64,000 nt of DNA from Takakia lepidozioides (Eukaryota > Plantae > Bryophyta): the NCBI GenBank assembly GCA_030704615.1, contig CM060731.1, positions 51,708,001-51,772,000 on the forward strand. The letters run 5' to 3'. The position numbers were made by a program, and so were the translations under genes. This document shows, piece after piece, positions 62,418-64,000 of this stretch (its first letter is position 1; each line of letters starts with the position of its first letter). Below the pieces are notes generated by a model. It was not told the origin of the DNA. It saw nothing but the letters and a program-made list of their open reading frames with translations, and searched no databases.

Positions 62418-64000
62418 AGACACATTTACTACATGTATACAATCGGCATCGGCATTTTAAATTTTGAGGAAGGATCTTGTGGTCACAACAGACTTTTGAC
62501 AATCTCTTGAAATATTTTGATACTTCAGTTCAGTTCAATAAGTTTTGCGTTAAAGGTTCATAGATATATGACCTTGTCTCCTTATGCAGGGGGTAATGTA
62601 GATCCGTAGTGACAGTTCTTGTGGTCAACTGGAGGGATCATGAGGATGTGAAAATCAGAGGAAAGATGAAAGGTGAGTAGGGTCCTCCGCTATATCTTTG
62701 ATCTGTATATATAACTCTCGACTTGGATCGGCACATTGTGAGCTTCACTGACGAACGGTGTGCTCCAAGCGGCCCGCACTCTCTTTCAAGCCTACAACTC
62801 CAAATTGTATGCAGTTGTAGTGCTGGAGATCTTCAATATTGTTGTACAGTACAGTACATGTAAATGTAGTGATTCTGTGCTATAAGGATGTAACTCCAGG
62901 CTTCAGAGGTTAGCAAAATCCTGGGATTTTGTACATATGATTCAAGTAGACAGGAAAGGAGAGACATTATGTAGGATTTTGCATTCTCTTAGAACATATT
63001 TTTCAGGCAGTTTTGACCGGGGTGTGTGACTGGGCTGTGTTGTCACACACACCTGTGCCCACTTTTTGGAAATGCACTCAATGCCGCATTTCCTGTGTAG
63101 TTACAGTTTTCTGTTACAATTTGAGTGTGTTCTACTTCACAATAAAAAGAAGTTTGTTGGTAGTTGTAGGAAGGCTTTGTACAGTTCTTGGTAATGCAAA
63201 CAACATATTTCACAGCTCTTTCAAGTTTCTCTTGGCTCTATTCCAGTCGTAAAGATAACTGCATGCCACAGCAATGATGCTACAATGTCCTCAGAAAGAT
63301 AGTCCCATGTAGCCGAGCACTGTTGTGTAATGGCTCTGCATCCAAATTTGTGTCCCATTACTGTTGCCTGCCACAACCGTCACCATTGTGTGTAGAACTG
63401 TCTCAATTATGGCTACTCTTGGAGTATATTTCCTATGGCATGCTCATTATGCCTTAGTATTCTCTCTTCGTAAGAGAGACTCAAACTCTACTAACCAAAA
63501 AAAAGTGCGAAGAGAAAGCAATGTGCCTTTGTCGCACATCCTGCAAATCAACCTGAAATGATCCTAGACCCAAAGACCGTGGGGAAGGATTGTAAGCCAA
63601 TCGATGCAACCATCCTCATCCCTGCTACAGAACCAACTCACCCAAGGTGTGTCACACTCTATTTGCATCCTCTCCTAGTGATCAAGACTGGAACTATCAG
63701 GAGAAATGAAGGGTTTCATCAAGAAAGTTGCAGAGCTCAAAAATACTAAATCTTGCAGGATGTTCCATGCAAGTATGAGCTCTCGCCATCCCACAAGGTC
63801 TTCCTTAGACTTGGGTCTGGGTTCTACAGGTGAAGTGAGAGGAATCCACTTACACTCAGGGTGCCTGTGCTGCATTCAACTACTGTCCATCTAGATTTCA
63901 TAGAGATGAAAGTTGCAACAGCCTTTTATATCATCGGCATGGGTTTTAAAACATTTGTAAATCCCCCGGTGAAGGTATTGGCTGTGGAAATGAATCCAAG

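Overview
Eukaryotic nuclear DNA from a land plant, most likely a bryophyte (moss-like). The evidence is GT-AG introns, a bryophyte-type 5S rRNA copy, a microbial-type terpene synthase, Tcn1-like chromoviruses and a long PLS-PPR array. No CRISPR arrays or prokaryotic operons are present. The intact spliced genes are: the 3' part of glycine decarboxylase P-protein (1-4605, +), a GT37 fucosyltransferase (5515-7852, -), mitochondrial-type pyruvate dehydrogenase E1-alpha (28875-32403, +), a PLS-class PPR protein (33648-35888, +), a DUF615/YjgA-like protein (37529-~42352, -), an O-fucosyltransferase (43047-48529, +) and a 4-exon uncharacterised gene ending in an EAR-like DTSLHL motif (60333-62417, +). 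A ~20 kb block (8.5-28.5 kb) has no intact gene. It holds a DRM methyltransferase fragment, a frameshifted microbial terpene synthase-like gene, an endonuclease/OTU-bearing Helitron relic, a Tcn1-like LTR element with an internal inversion and an extra 3' ORF, and a second gypsy element whose RT is split by a PPR-carrying insert. Other highlights are a decayed E/DYW editing module behind the PPR stop codon, a TSD-flanked Dualen-like LINE 3' end with a highly structured 3' UTR, a tRNA-derived SINE family, and an intronic 5S pseudogene. All calls come from manual reading and recalled family motifs; no searches were run.
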